DNA of 58,008 bases from Candidatus Magasanikbacteria bacterium RIFCSPHIGHO2_02_FULL_48_18 (GCA_001784285.1 MFQC01000003.1:84151-142158), one strand, 5' to 3'; numbered from the stretch's first letter, positions 8,031-15,926 are shown. Numbers and translations: made by a program. Notes: a model not told the origin generated them from the letters alone.

Positions 8031-8690
8031 TCATGATCCAAGTCTCTTTTCCATCTCTGCCACCGCTGCTTCAAAATCAAAGCCATAGTATTGTTTTTTC
8101 AGTGCTATGAGCCGTCGGTACTTATTGGTTGGTTTGCCCCTATAGAATTTCGTTGAAATCTTTGACTCCAAATTCTCAATTTTTTGCTCAAGGTCTAGGA
8201 TTTTTCCATACTCAAACAATTTGAATCTTCTATTTTCATTTTTGCTTGCGTAACTTAAATTACAACAATGACGACATGCGAAATAGTCCCCTGCTTTATA
8301 CAAAACTCCGACGCGTCGTCCACAATACACGCCATTTCTATACCATGGACATTGAAACCAGTACCTCTTGCCACCCAGATTACACGAGGTGGAAGTAAAG
8401 GGTATTCCATAATTGAAATCGGTTTTCTCTCCCGTTGTCCGATCTGTTTGAGTATAGGTCAGGCGTGCGTTGGGCTTCTCATCATCCATAAAAGTTTGTA
8501 AGCCAACACTACTTTTGTTTCCGCTACTCAGGTATGTCCATGTAACCGTGCCACTTCGAAAAGAGCCGCCGAGATAGCCCCACTGTTTGAGTACGCCTAT
8601 AGACATTTTCAAGAGGTGGTCTGCTTCTTCTTTTTTATTCCGACAATAATGCCTCATAGATTGTATTTGTTTATATCTTACCGAAATCAT
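8031..8690 (-). CDS. Cys-rich hypothetical protein (putative zinc ribbon)
   Basis: CNLGGKRYWFQCPWYRNGVYCGRRVGVLYKAGDYFACRHCCNLSY, followed by a coiled-coil tail. No family is recognised with certainty. Confidence 0.5.
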   Translation of the reverse strand: MISVRYKQIQSMRHYCRNKKEEADHLLKMSIGVLKQWGYLGGSFRSGTVTWTYLSSGNKSSVGLQTFMDDEKPNARLTYTQTDRTTGEKTDFNYGIPFTSTSCNLGGKRYWFQCPWYRNGVYCGRRVGVLYKAGDYFACRHCCNLSYASKNENRRFKLFEYGKILDLEQKIENLESKISTKFYRGKPTNKYRRLIALKKQYYGFDFEAAVAEMEKRLGS

Positions 8691-8757
8691 TAGAGAATTC
8701 TTTGATATTATTTTTTTGATTAACCATCATTTTTCTCCAAAATAGGCAAAAAATAAA

Positions 8758-10926
8758 TTACCCTCCACCCTCACTCACTATATCTTTTTCAGAGGAAACA
8801 GTGAGTTGATCTGTAGGGGTAATGAGTAGCTGTCTTTTGTCATCAGGGTCTGCATCCTGCGAGATAAGACCAGCAGTCTCAAGCATCGGAATTATTTGCT
8901 GTCTCATCTGCCAATCTGGCAACATACGTCCGTACACTTGGTAATGCTTTTTCAATATCTCTTTACGTGTAATACCTGCCTTTTCCTCGGCAAGGCCATA
9001 TAGGTTTTTTTCTTCATACGCTGGCACAATAACATCTTTGTATAGATCATAGACATACGGCGGAAGATTGTACTCTTGACTTTCAGATATTTTATCCCAT
9101 AATTTCAATGCTTCCGCAAAGTCTTCCTGCGTTGCGACAATTGTCGATCCCTCTCGTTCACGAAACCAAACATTCAGAAGCGCAAAGATTTTTGTGAGTC
9201 CCATAAGTCTACCAATGTCTCGCTGATGGCGTGGTTTGAGCTTGGATCGTTTTGAGAAAAATTCCTGCTCAATGATTTCTGGATTTTCAATCCGTATTTC
9301 ATCTATTGCTTCGTCTTTGATTGCCTCGATTCTTTTTTTCAAGAGTATTCGTTCGGGGTCTGCATTGAGGTTTTTTGCGTATGCTTCATTATCAGAATCT
9401 TTTTTGATTTTTTCCTGTATGGCAAAGCGGAGTTTTTCTTGGCTCGTTTGTGGTGAGAGAAGAATAAATCGAGTACTTTCTTGTTCATCAATCTCCAATC
9501 CTGCACTACAGAAGATTACAGCGGGATACCCACGGAGAATCACGGTCTTGGTTGCATTTCCACCTTTTTGATTTTTATCCGTTATCTTTGAAATCATTTC
9601 CTTTTGATCATGCGACAAGAGCGAACGTAAGCGTTCCAGTAAGCTATTGTGTGGTTGATCCAAAAAAATGAGTATCTTCCGTGAGAGGTCAACGAGCATA
9701 GTATTTGTTTCTTTGTCATAGTCGCCTTGTTCGTGAAAAAAGGCTTTTGGTGAACAATCACCGAGTTTCATCACGTCTTCATTTGGAAACAGGGTTGATA
9801 CTTCCATAGGAATAAAACTTTTTCCTGTGGAAGATGGTGCGTTGAAGCTCAAATTGAATTGAGATTGTTCGGTATATGCGGAAAGCGCACAAAGAAACGT
9901 AATGAGTTTGTTTTCTTCGTCTTTTTTTATCGTAAGCCCCAGTACACGGATAATATCTTCGGAAGTCAGGAGTTTGAATTGTGATGTATCAATGGGAAAT
10001 TTACCTGCTACTTGTTTTGAACATTGGTACATGAGCTCGTCTGGATTGCCATTGTATTTGGTTATGTAGTCCGTGATGTCCTTTCCATCTGTCATGCGTT
10101 CGGGCAAGGTGATTTTGTATATGGCTTTTTTGGGTAATTGGGTATCAAGTGAAGCAATAAGTTTTTCTGCTCCTTTTTCACCAGCGTCATCTTTGTCGAA
10201 GCATATATGAATCTTTTTCAAGTTTTTCAAGTGTGCGATCCATTCTTCTTTGAATGTACCAGCTCCTGCCGTGGAAGTAATTGCGGGTATGCCGATACTG
10301 GAGAGAAGCATGCTATCAAATTCACCCTCACATATCACGATCTCACCGTTTCCTTTGAGCATGTCCCAGCCAAAGAGTGTGGCTGTACTCCCTGCGGGGT
10401 AAAAACGGTATTTGTCTGTTTCTTTGGGTTTATTTGGGTCTAGGCGGAGCTTGAAGAACGCAAAATCACCATCTTGGTTTTTGATGGGTATGGTAATCCA
10501 GTTCATGCCATAGAATTGCCCCCAGCCGAGTTTGTAATGGGCTATGAGAGCGTCTGTAAGGCCTCTGGCGTGCAAATATGTCCGTATGTGGTCTGGTAGT
10601 GCCTCGTGGCATTGTTCCACCAGATCAACCGAAATCCTACCTTTTCCTACCTTTTTTGGTTTCGTGGTTTTTCGTGGAGAAATAGATATATCATCTATCG
10701 TATCTCCAAGGTGTTTGGCAAGCGTAACGATATTGCCAGTCTCACCGCATTTTTTGCAATTGTATTGTCCTGTTTCGGCGTGAAAATACAAGTGTGCTTC
10801 GTTTGGTCTGCTGTCTTTGTCGCAATCATTGAATACGCATTTGGCAACAAGCTCTCCGTTTCGTTCGGTAAATGCTATGCCTTTTTGCGTTAGATATTCT
10901 GTGATTGCAATTGTTTGAAATTCCAT
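8758..10926 (-). CDS. Primase-helicase-like replication protein (zinc finger + Toprim + P-loop NTPase)
   Basis: Zinc finger C..C...HLYFH..GQYNCKKCG. Toprim motifs VICEGEFDS and CFDKDDAGEKGA. Walker A FNAPSSTGKSF in the C-terminal half. Confidence 0.8.
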   Translation of the reverse strand: MEFQTIAITEYLTQKGIAFTERNGELVAKCVFNDCDKDSRPNEAHLYFHAETGQYNCKKCGETGNIVTLAKHLGDTIDDISISPRKTTKPKKVGKGRISVDLVEQCHEALPDHIRTYLHARGLTDALIAHYKLGWGQFYGMNWITIPIKNQDGDFAFFKLRLDPNKPKETDKYRFYPAGSTATLFGWDMLKGNGEIVICEGEFDSMLLSSIGIPAITSTAGAGTFKEEWIAHLKNLKKIHICFDKDDAGEKGAEKLIASLDTQLPKKAIYKITLPERMTDGKDITDYITKYNGNPDELMYQCSKQVAGKFPIDTSQFKLLTSEDIIRVLGLTIKKDEENKLITFLCALSAYTEQSQFNLSFNAPSSTGKSFIPMEVSTLFPNEDVMKLGDCSPKAFFHEQGDYDKETNTMLVDLSRKILIFLDQPHNSLLERLRSLLSHDQKEMISKITDKNQKGGNATKTVILRGYPAVIFCSAGLEIDEQESTRFILLSPQTSQEKLRFAIQEKIKKDSDNEAYAKNLNADPERILLKKRIEAIKDEAIDEIRIENPEIIEQEFFSKRSKLKPRHQRDIGRLMGLTKIFALLNVWFREREGSTIVATQEDFAEALKLWDKISESQEYNLPPYVYDLYKDVIVPAYEEKNLYGLAEEKAGITRKEILKKHYQVYGRMLPDWQMRQQIIPMLETAGLISQDADPDDKRQLLITPTDQLTVSSEKDIVSEGGG

Positions 10927-11004
10927 AAAATTTGGGTAATATTAATCGTCATGGCAAATATGTATCTGCCTGTCGTATACGTCTGTGAGAGGGCAAAAAT
11001 GCCC

Positions 11005-11232
11005 TCATTCTGTACCGTCCTCGGTGCTCTTTGTGAGAGACTCCAAGTGTTTGAGTAGCTGTGCTTTGTCGCTTTTGCAATAGTCGTTTTTGTCCACCAG
11101 TTTATTGAACCAGTGCTGTATCGCACGTCGGCTAAAGTGTTGTCCTGTTACCGCCTTTGCAAAACAGATGTAGGAGCCCCAGCCTGTATATTTTTGAGCG
11201 ATGTTTTTGTAGCGTCTTTCAAGTGATTTCAT
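11005..11232 (-). CDS. Small hypothetical protein (75 aa)
   Basis: ORF in the same orientation and tightly packed with the element genes. No motif recognised. Confidence 0.4.
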   Translation of the reverse strand: MKSLERRYKNIAQKYTGWGSYICFAKAVTGQHFSRRAIQHWFNKLVDKNDYCKSDKAQLLKHLESLTKSTEDGTE

Positions 11233-11249
11233 AATGATAATGATAATGA

Positions 11250-11414
11250 TTATTGAGTAATTACTTTTTCTCCCTTTGGGAGTGGTCGATAGATGACTTT
11301 CATCATATTCAAGAGAGCTATGCCTTGCGCCAGTGCTTCTTCTTTTGAGATGTCCTCGCCAAACCGTGCTCGGTACAGCTCTCTGAATTTTTCAACCATT
11401 TCGTCTGAGAGCAT
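11250..11414 (-). CDS. Small hypothetical protein (54 aa)
   Basis: Own translation: MLSDEMVEKFRELYRARFGEDISKEEALAQGIALLNMMKVIYRPLPKGEKVITQ. It starts 2 nt after the stop of the upstream gene and is below the ORF-track cutoff. Confidence 0.35.
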   Translation of the reverse strand: MLSDEMVEKFRELYRARFGEDISKEEALAQGIALLNMMKVIYRPLPKGEKVITQ

Positions 11415-11415
11415 A

Positions 11416-11691
11416 TTACTGTTGGGAGTAAAGCTGGTTTTTTATGTTTTTGAGTGCATTGAAGTATGCGAGTGCGTCTACCTGTAATTCTCCCCGCCAG
11501 TACATCTGTGCGGATTCAATGATTTCGTCGCTATTCTCAAAGAGGAATAACGCCTTTGCTCCATGGCCTTTGTCTATGCCGAGCAATTTATATCCTGCAC
11601 ATACCAAGCCCGCGCATGCGCCGAGATCGTATGTCGAAAACGGATTTGGATAGTCTGCAAGAAAGGGAACATGTGAGGGTTCTTTTTTCAT
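11416..11691 (-). CDS. Small phage-type protein (DUF5659-like, tentative)
   Basis: The pattern LGACAGLVCAGYKLLGID...ALFLFENSDEIIESAQMYWRGELQVDALAYFNALKNIKN resembles the DUF5659 architecture. ATG 11691 is preferred over GTG 11736. Confidence 0.45.
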   Translation of the reverse strand: MKKEPSHVPFLADYPNPFSTYDLGACAGLVCAGYKLLGIDKGHGAKALFLFENSDEIIESAQMYWRGELQVDALAYFNALKNIKNQLYSQQ

Positions 11692-11857
11692 ATTCGTGTA
11701 ATTGCTAGAGTGATTTGCCGTACCTTTATTGTGCACAAAAAAAGTAAGCTAATATAAGCTTACTTTCTGTACGCATCCCACGAATAGACCCGACTTAGGT
11801 ACTACTTGGGTATAGCTAGGGTGTGGTTTGGTATTCTATTTTTGATACTGATAGAGA

Positions 11858-12595
11858 TCAACGCAAAGTTACATTTCCCCGATTCAATACAAATTCATGG
11901 TGACTAAGTCCCGTCTTCTTTCTTATCTTTTTTACTACCTCATTTATTTTTGCCGTACTAGTTGTCTCTTTTGCTGTTTGTTTCCTCGTTTTACCCGCTT
12001 TACTGTTAGACAATATTTGTTGGACATCTGGCACTTCTGTATCTCGGGCTATATCTAATATATTCTCAACATCTTTTCTCGCGATCCTCTTACCTCTATT
12101 TTTATAACATTCGTTGAATAATTTGTACTCATAACCACCATCTGTGAGCTTAAATTTTTTTTCATCATTGTTTCCGGCCCCTGATTCTGAATCATAACAC
12201 AATCTGTTTATTGCTCGATCGTTTCTTGTTTTCTCGATTCCTGTCTTCTTTCCCATATGTCCTTCCTTTTGGAAGTCATTTCTTAGAATATTTCTTATTG
12301 CGTTTAAAGAACTTAGAGATGGAGAAAAAAATTTGATTCCCTCATTAAATAAAATAGAAAGCGAAGTTAAAGACTCAAGCGGAGGTATGGCAATTGGAAA
12401 AAAAATAGGAAACTTCCGAGACAATCCATATAAAATTCTATGTACCTCCTCAGAGCTCATGCCATCGATACTGCCCAAGTAAAATTCTAACCTTCCACCT
12501 TCTGGCACGAGATGAGTTTGGTCTATTAACTCATCAAGAACTAACAGGACTTTCCGTGAATATTGCATAGTAATTTTCATATTAATTTCTCCCAT
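11858..12595 (-). CDS. Hypothetical protein (245 aa), candidate element regulator
   Basis: Sits divergently from the operator-bearing promoter region at 12608-12642 and has a basic C-terminal half. No family recognised. Confidence 0.5.
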   Translation of the reverse strand: MGEINMKITMQYSRKVLLVLDELIDQTHLVPEGGRLEFYLGSIDGMSSEEVHRILYGLSRKFPIFFPIAIPPLESLTSLSILFNEGIKFFSPSLSSLNAIRNILRNDFQKEGHMGKKTGIEKTRNDRAINRLCYDSESGAGNNDEKKFKLTDGGYEYKLFNECYKNRGKRIARKDVENILDIARDTEVPDVQQILSNSKAGKTRKQTAKETTSTAKINEVVKKIRKKTGLSHHEFVLNRGNVTLR

Positions 12596-12607
12596 TTTAG
12601 CAAAAAC

Positions 12608-12636
12608 TTGAAAAAAAACAAGAGATAAGATACTAT
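12608..12636 (+). promoter_or_regulatory. Sigma70-type promoter
   Basis: TTGAAA (12608-12613), 17-nt spacer, TACTAT (12631-12636). Confidence 0.5.
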
Positions 12637-12642
12637 CTTATC
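12624..12642. promoter_or_regulatory. Perfect 9-1-9 dyad operator overlapping the -10 element
   Basis: GATAAGATA-C-TATCTTATC read directly. It is centred on the TACTAT -10 hexamer. Confidence 0.6.
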
Positions 12643-12793
12643 AGACAATTCACGCCTAAACTCTATAGTTCGCTATACGGCATGGCACTCATATCCGTGC
12701 AAGGTAGTAAGCTCTCCGCTTAGTTGCCTTGCACGGTCGTATCTGGAAACAGATACGGGTGGCCGTAAGGCCATCACAAGCGGGGAGCTTTTT
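12643..12793 (+). ncRNA. Candidate structured small RNA of unknown class (~150 nt)
   Basis: Helix A is 12695-12704/12727-12736 (10 bp, perfect). Hairpin C is 12738-12757 (8 bp, GAAA loop). Hairpin D is 12758-12775 (7 bp, GTAA loop). Helix B is 12709-12721/12778-12790 (13 bp, one G-U) followed by TTTTT. The G-U pairs and GNRA loops are valid only on the + strand, and there is no ORF. Confidence 0.5.
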
Positions 12794-12844
12794 GTTGTAT
12801 ATGCTAAAAAACCCTAAACAAAGCAATATTTTGTTGGTTTGCTA

Positions 12845-12873
12845 TTGACAAAATGGATTTAATATGATAGATT
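12845..12873 (+). promoter_or_regulatory. Sigma70-type promoter for the secreted-protein genes
   Basis: TTGACA (12845-12850), 17-nt spacer, TAGATT (12868-12873). Confidence 0.5.
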
Positions 12874-12892
12874 GGTTTGTTTACTTTTCACT

Positions 12893-13711
12893 ATGAAATA
12901 TCTCTTAATTCTAAGTACAATTTTATTCTTAGGAGTTGGGTGCAATCAGACAGCCCCATCTTCAGATGCGGCCATAAAGGAACAAACGATCAAAGAGCTC
13001 ACAAAGCAGGTTGAAGAACTGAAAACATTGGTTGTGACTTCAACACCAGAAGCAGTGACAAGTACGGTAGAGGTGGTCAAGCCTACCAAGATTGAGCCGA
13101 TATTGCCGGTGGTGGCTCCAGTAAAACCCGTAACAAAGCCTGTGGTTCTACCGATCGTGAAACCGATCGCACAGCCGATAGTGCAACCAGAGCAGAAGAT
13201 TGAGGAACCAAAAGATGATTCGCTTGAAAAGATTGCTGAATTGGAAAAACAACTTGCAGCGCAAAAGGCAGAAAAAACAGCGTTAGAAAAACAAAAACAG
13301 TTAAAAGCAGAACAAGATGCTGCATTTTTGAAAGCATTAAATGATATAACCGAATATACGAATGAAAAAGCTAAATCTGATTTGGAAAAAATGTACCAAG
13401 AAGCGGGAATTGACCCATATTTTCAATACGGCGGACAACCTATAAATAATCAGCCAATAAGTCTACCGAAAAGCAATCTTGATTATTTCATCAAACAACA
13501 AGAAGAACAATTCAAATACGACTCACTACAAAAACAAGTTAATCAACTTAAATGGGATCAAGAAATGGATGAAATGGACTCCTACCTAGATAATATAAAA
13601 CAAAACAATAATTCGTGGAATACTGATTACTCATGGAAACCAAAACTGCTCCCAAGCATAAATAATAACGATTATTTCAATTCTCCAGGTGGAATTGGTG
13701 CTCTTTGGTGA
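12893..13711 (+). CDS. Lipoprotein with proline-rich KP(V/I) repeats and a coiled coil
   Basis: Lipobox LFLGVGC after MKYLLILSTI. The repeat region is VKPTKIEPILPVVAPVKPVTKPVVLPIVKPIAQPIVQP. The coiled-coil segment LEKIAELEKQLAAQKAEKTALEKQKQLKAEQ is heptad-like. Confidence 0.65.
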   Translation: MKYLLILSTILFLGVGCNQTAPSSDAAIKEQTIKELTKQVEELKTLVVTSTPEAVTSTVEVVKPTKIEPILPVVAPVKPVTKPVVLPIVKPIAQPIVQPEQKIEEPKDDSLEKIAELEKQLAAQKAEKTALEKQKQLKAEQDAAFLKALNDITEYTNEKAKSDLEKMYQEAGIDPYFQYGGQPINNQPISLPKSNLDYFIKQQEEQFKYDSLQKQVNQLKWDQEMDEMDSYLDNIKQNNNSWNTDYSWKPKLLPSINNNDYFNSPGGIGALW

Positions 13712-13760
13712 AAATCTTAATTAAACTGAAATTTATGTTATGGACCATAGTATTCGCTAT

Positions 13761-14468
13761 ATGAAAAAAATCACCATTGGTTTTCTTGTCGGCATCTGTA
13801 TTGCCATCGCAGGTTCAACCTTCGCGTCATCTGTTTCTTCGTTTTCATTATCAGAGACGCCGTCATATATCCACAAAAGTATTATGGAGTTGCAAAACCA
13901 AGTTAAAGCATTGCAAGATGCTGTTTCAAATTTTTCGCTGATTCCTGGACCAAAGGGTGACAAAGGAGATCAGGGAATTCCTGGTATCCCAGGGAAGTCT
14001 TTATGGGTGATAGATGCAAATGAGGTTAAGGTGGGTATTTTAACAGACTATATTAACCACAATAATGACGCTGGCCAACCAATACAGCTTTACATCCCCG
14101 AACAAAAGAAGATGGTCTCAATAAATTTGATGACTGGGAAGTATATTATTTGTAATGGTTGTCAAGACCTAACAATACAAGAATTTACCTATCGTTTTTA
14201 TAAATCAAGTGATTGTACAGGCCAAGCATACAGTAACTTAGGACTATCACCTGAAAAGGTTATTGCTATCAAAGGAGCTAGTCCACAATTTTTTACACCC
14301 AATGGGCCAATAGAACAGAACGTAGTATTTAATAGTGCTCTAAATATTCAAAGCGGCCAACCATTTTGTAGCAAACCTGGCAGTAGTCCCGAAGACTTCG
14401 TCGTCCCAATCGAACCAATCACCCTCCCCACCTTTACAGGCCCACTTCATTTGCAATATAGTGAGTAG
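13761..14468 (+). CDS. Secreted protein with a short collagen-like triple-helix segment
   Basis: Signal peptide MKKITIGFLVGICIAIAGSTFASS and six G-X-Y triplets (GPKGDKGDQGIPGIPGKS), then a Cys-containing globular C-terminal domain. An alternative start lies at 13740. Confidence 0.65.
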   Translation: MKKITIGFLVGICIAIAGSTFASSVSSFSLSETPSYIHKSIMELQNQVKALQDAVSNFSLIPGPKGDKGDQGIPGIPGKSLWVIDANEVKVGILTDYINHNNDAGQPIQLYIPEQKKMVSINLMTGKYIICNGCQDLTIQEFTYRFYKSSDCTGQAYSNLGLSPEKVIAIKGASPQFFTPNGPIEQNVVFNSALNIQSGQPFCSKPGSSPEDFVVPIEPITLPTFTGPLHLQYSE

Positions 14469-14560
14469 AGGTGGGTGGTAAACGTCTTTTTAAGAAAAGT
14501 GGTTGGTAATCCACTGGTGGTTATCGTACAGTGTCTTGTTGTGCAACGTCCTCGAGGCGA

Positions 14561-14985
14561 TTACGCAAGGCTGGCGGTAAAACTTGGGATATAGACGTAT
14601 CCCTTTTCCTTCTGTAAAATAGTTCCAACATCCTCCACGATGTTCTGCTCCAAGGGAAACTGCTTGAACTTGCGATAGTGTTCAAACGGTTCCTTCGCTA
14701 CAACGTGCAGTTTTTTCTCCCTCAAAGAGAGGTTCGATGAGACGGTGACAATGACACGGCGCCTCGTGGCATCGTCCCCATTTGCAAACGAGCATTTCGC
14801 TTCAGTTGCGAACAAAAGAGACTGCCGTAAGGGTTCGAGAAGTCGTTCGGTATTACCGAGCGATTTTCGCTTTTCTTCAATCAGAAGGAGCTGCCTTTCG
14901 AACCTTTCCCGCTCAGCTTCATACTCATCCGTCGTGAGCACACCATCAATGCAGAGGTCGCGGACTCGGCAAGGGCAACATGCCA
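14561..14985 (-). pseudogene. C-terminal remnant of a second large serine recombinase (frameshifted/truncated)
   Basis: RDLCIDGVLTTDEYEAERERFERQLLLIEE...EPLRQSLLFATEAKCSFANGDDATRRRVIVTVSSNLSLREKKLHV parallels RELIDDNMFIKERDVLQGQIKKLQQELRE...ELTEQVFHFARYAQDHFENGSIEERKDVLTGLGSNFLLKDQKLDI of the 6283-7887 recombinase. The upstream part is in another frame and there is no catalytic domain. Confidence 0.6.
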
Positions 14986-15208
14986 GCCAGGAACTTCACT
15001 GCGCGGAAGAGCCCGTCCGCTACCCGCAACGAGAATCATTCGTCGTTTCCTATAGTTGGGGATCATACCATTGAATCGTATCCCGTACCCGCAACCTGTC
15101 CTCTTCCTCCTGCGATCCTGTCTCCAACGCGGCCGCCGTCGGCCGCTTGCGACTGCGGTGAGCGAAAAATTTCGTTGGGTTCTGAGGGAACCTGCCCAAA
15201 ACGTGAAG

Positions 15209-15238
15209 AAGCCACGCATCGGGTAATGCGTGGCTTTT
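15209..15238. terminator. Strong hairpin terminator (11-bp stem, A-tract/T-tract flanks)
   Basis: AAGCCACGCAT-CGGGTA-ATGCGTGGCTT followed by TT on the + strand. The T-run is better on +. Confidence 0.6.
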
Positions 15239-15601
15239 GAGGGTGGTCGGGCAGGGTGGTGTTGACAGACACCAGTCCTGACGGACGCAACGAAGGTGAA
15301 TAGGGCACCCGCGACGCGATCCTCCCGACCCCACGAGTCCTTCCGGAACCGTGGGCTTGAGAGCATCTCCCCGGGTTCTCCGCCTGTCTTACCAATGCCG
15401 CCATAGATAGCGCGGGACGATGTGAGGCCTCCATCCCACCCCGCCTGGTCGGTCAGCGCGTCGCGCGCTGAACCAGGGTTCGAACTCGGCAGTATCCCAC
15501 ATTATTGGCATATCTGTCAAGACCGGGATGTGGATGGCTGAATTCTATCCGTACTGCCCCACCCTTGAGAAAGAAGCATGGTTTGGCTACACTGAGCGAC
15601 T

Positions 15602-15884
15602 ATGCGAAGACTTACATACTTTGAAAGGCAAATAATTGAAAGTGGCATGCGGGTGGGCAAGGCAGTCCGAGCGGTAGCTCGGTGTCTTGGTCGGGATCAC
15701 CGAGTGATCCAAAGGGAGGTGGATCGGAATACTTGTGGAGGAAGAATGTATGAAGCAAGGATAGCCGAAAGGTTAGCGGAAAAAAGAGAAAAAAAGAGAC
15801 ATATACCAAAGTTAGAACGGTCAGAGAATGAAATTTTGAGAGAGTTTGTGATTGAAAAATTGAAGGAAGATTTGAGTCTACAAA
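15602..15884 (+). mobile_element. IS30-family transposase N-terminal HTH fragment (truncated, no catalytic domain)
   Basis: MRRLTYFERQIIESGMRVGKAVRAVARCLGRDHRVIQREVDRN...Y.A..AE matches the IS30 HTH_38 N-terminus. The reading frame then degenerates at about 15885. Confidence 0.65.
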
Positions 15885-15926
15885 TATGGTTATTCGGCAT
15901 TCAGGTATGGTTATTCGGCATTCAGG
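15885..15926. repeat. Perfect tandem duplication of a 21-bp unit
   Basis: TATGGTTATTCGGCATTCAGG occurs twice, at 15885-15905 and 15906-15926, at the junction of the IS30 and NYN fragments. Confidence 0.95.

Larger units (their letters stand above)
6224..14468. mobile_element. Integrative element at tRNA-Trp (serine-recombinase type; replication module, no virion genes seen); right boundary unresolved
   Basis: The recombinase gene abuts and overlaps the tRNA 3' end. It is followed by a primase-helicase, small phage-like ORFs, an operator/promoter region and secreted cargo. No att repeat was identified, as expected for serine recombinases. Confidence 0.65.

Noticed and set aside
12893-13330. 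The repetitive KP(V/I) coding region and other short repeats were considered as a possible CRISPR or tandem array.
   Set aside because: The repeats are in-frame codon repeats within a signal-peptide-bearing ORF. There is no repeat-spacer periodicity anywhere in the window.
14469-14560. Searched for a copy of the tRNA-Trp 3' end (attR-type direct repeat) at the presumed right end of the element.
   Set aside because: No match to GGTTCGATTCCTACCGCGCCTGCCA was found here or elsewhere by eye. Serine recombinases need only a very short shared core, so absence is uninformative and the boundary is left open.
15470-15490. GGTTCGAAC T-loop-like sequence, suggesting a tRNA, tmRNA or att remnant.
   Set aside because: The flanking bases do not form a T stem, and no acceptor, D or anticodon arms could be folded on either strand.
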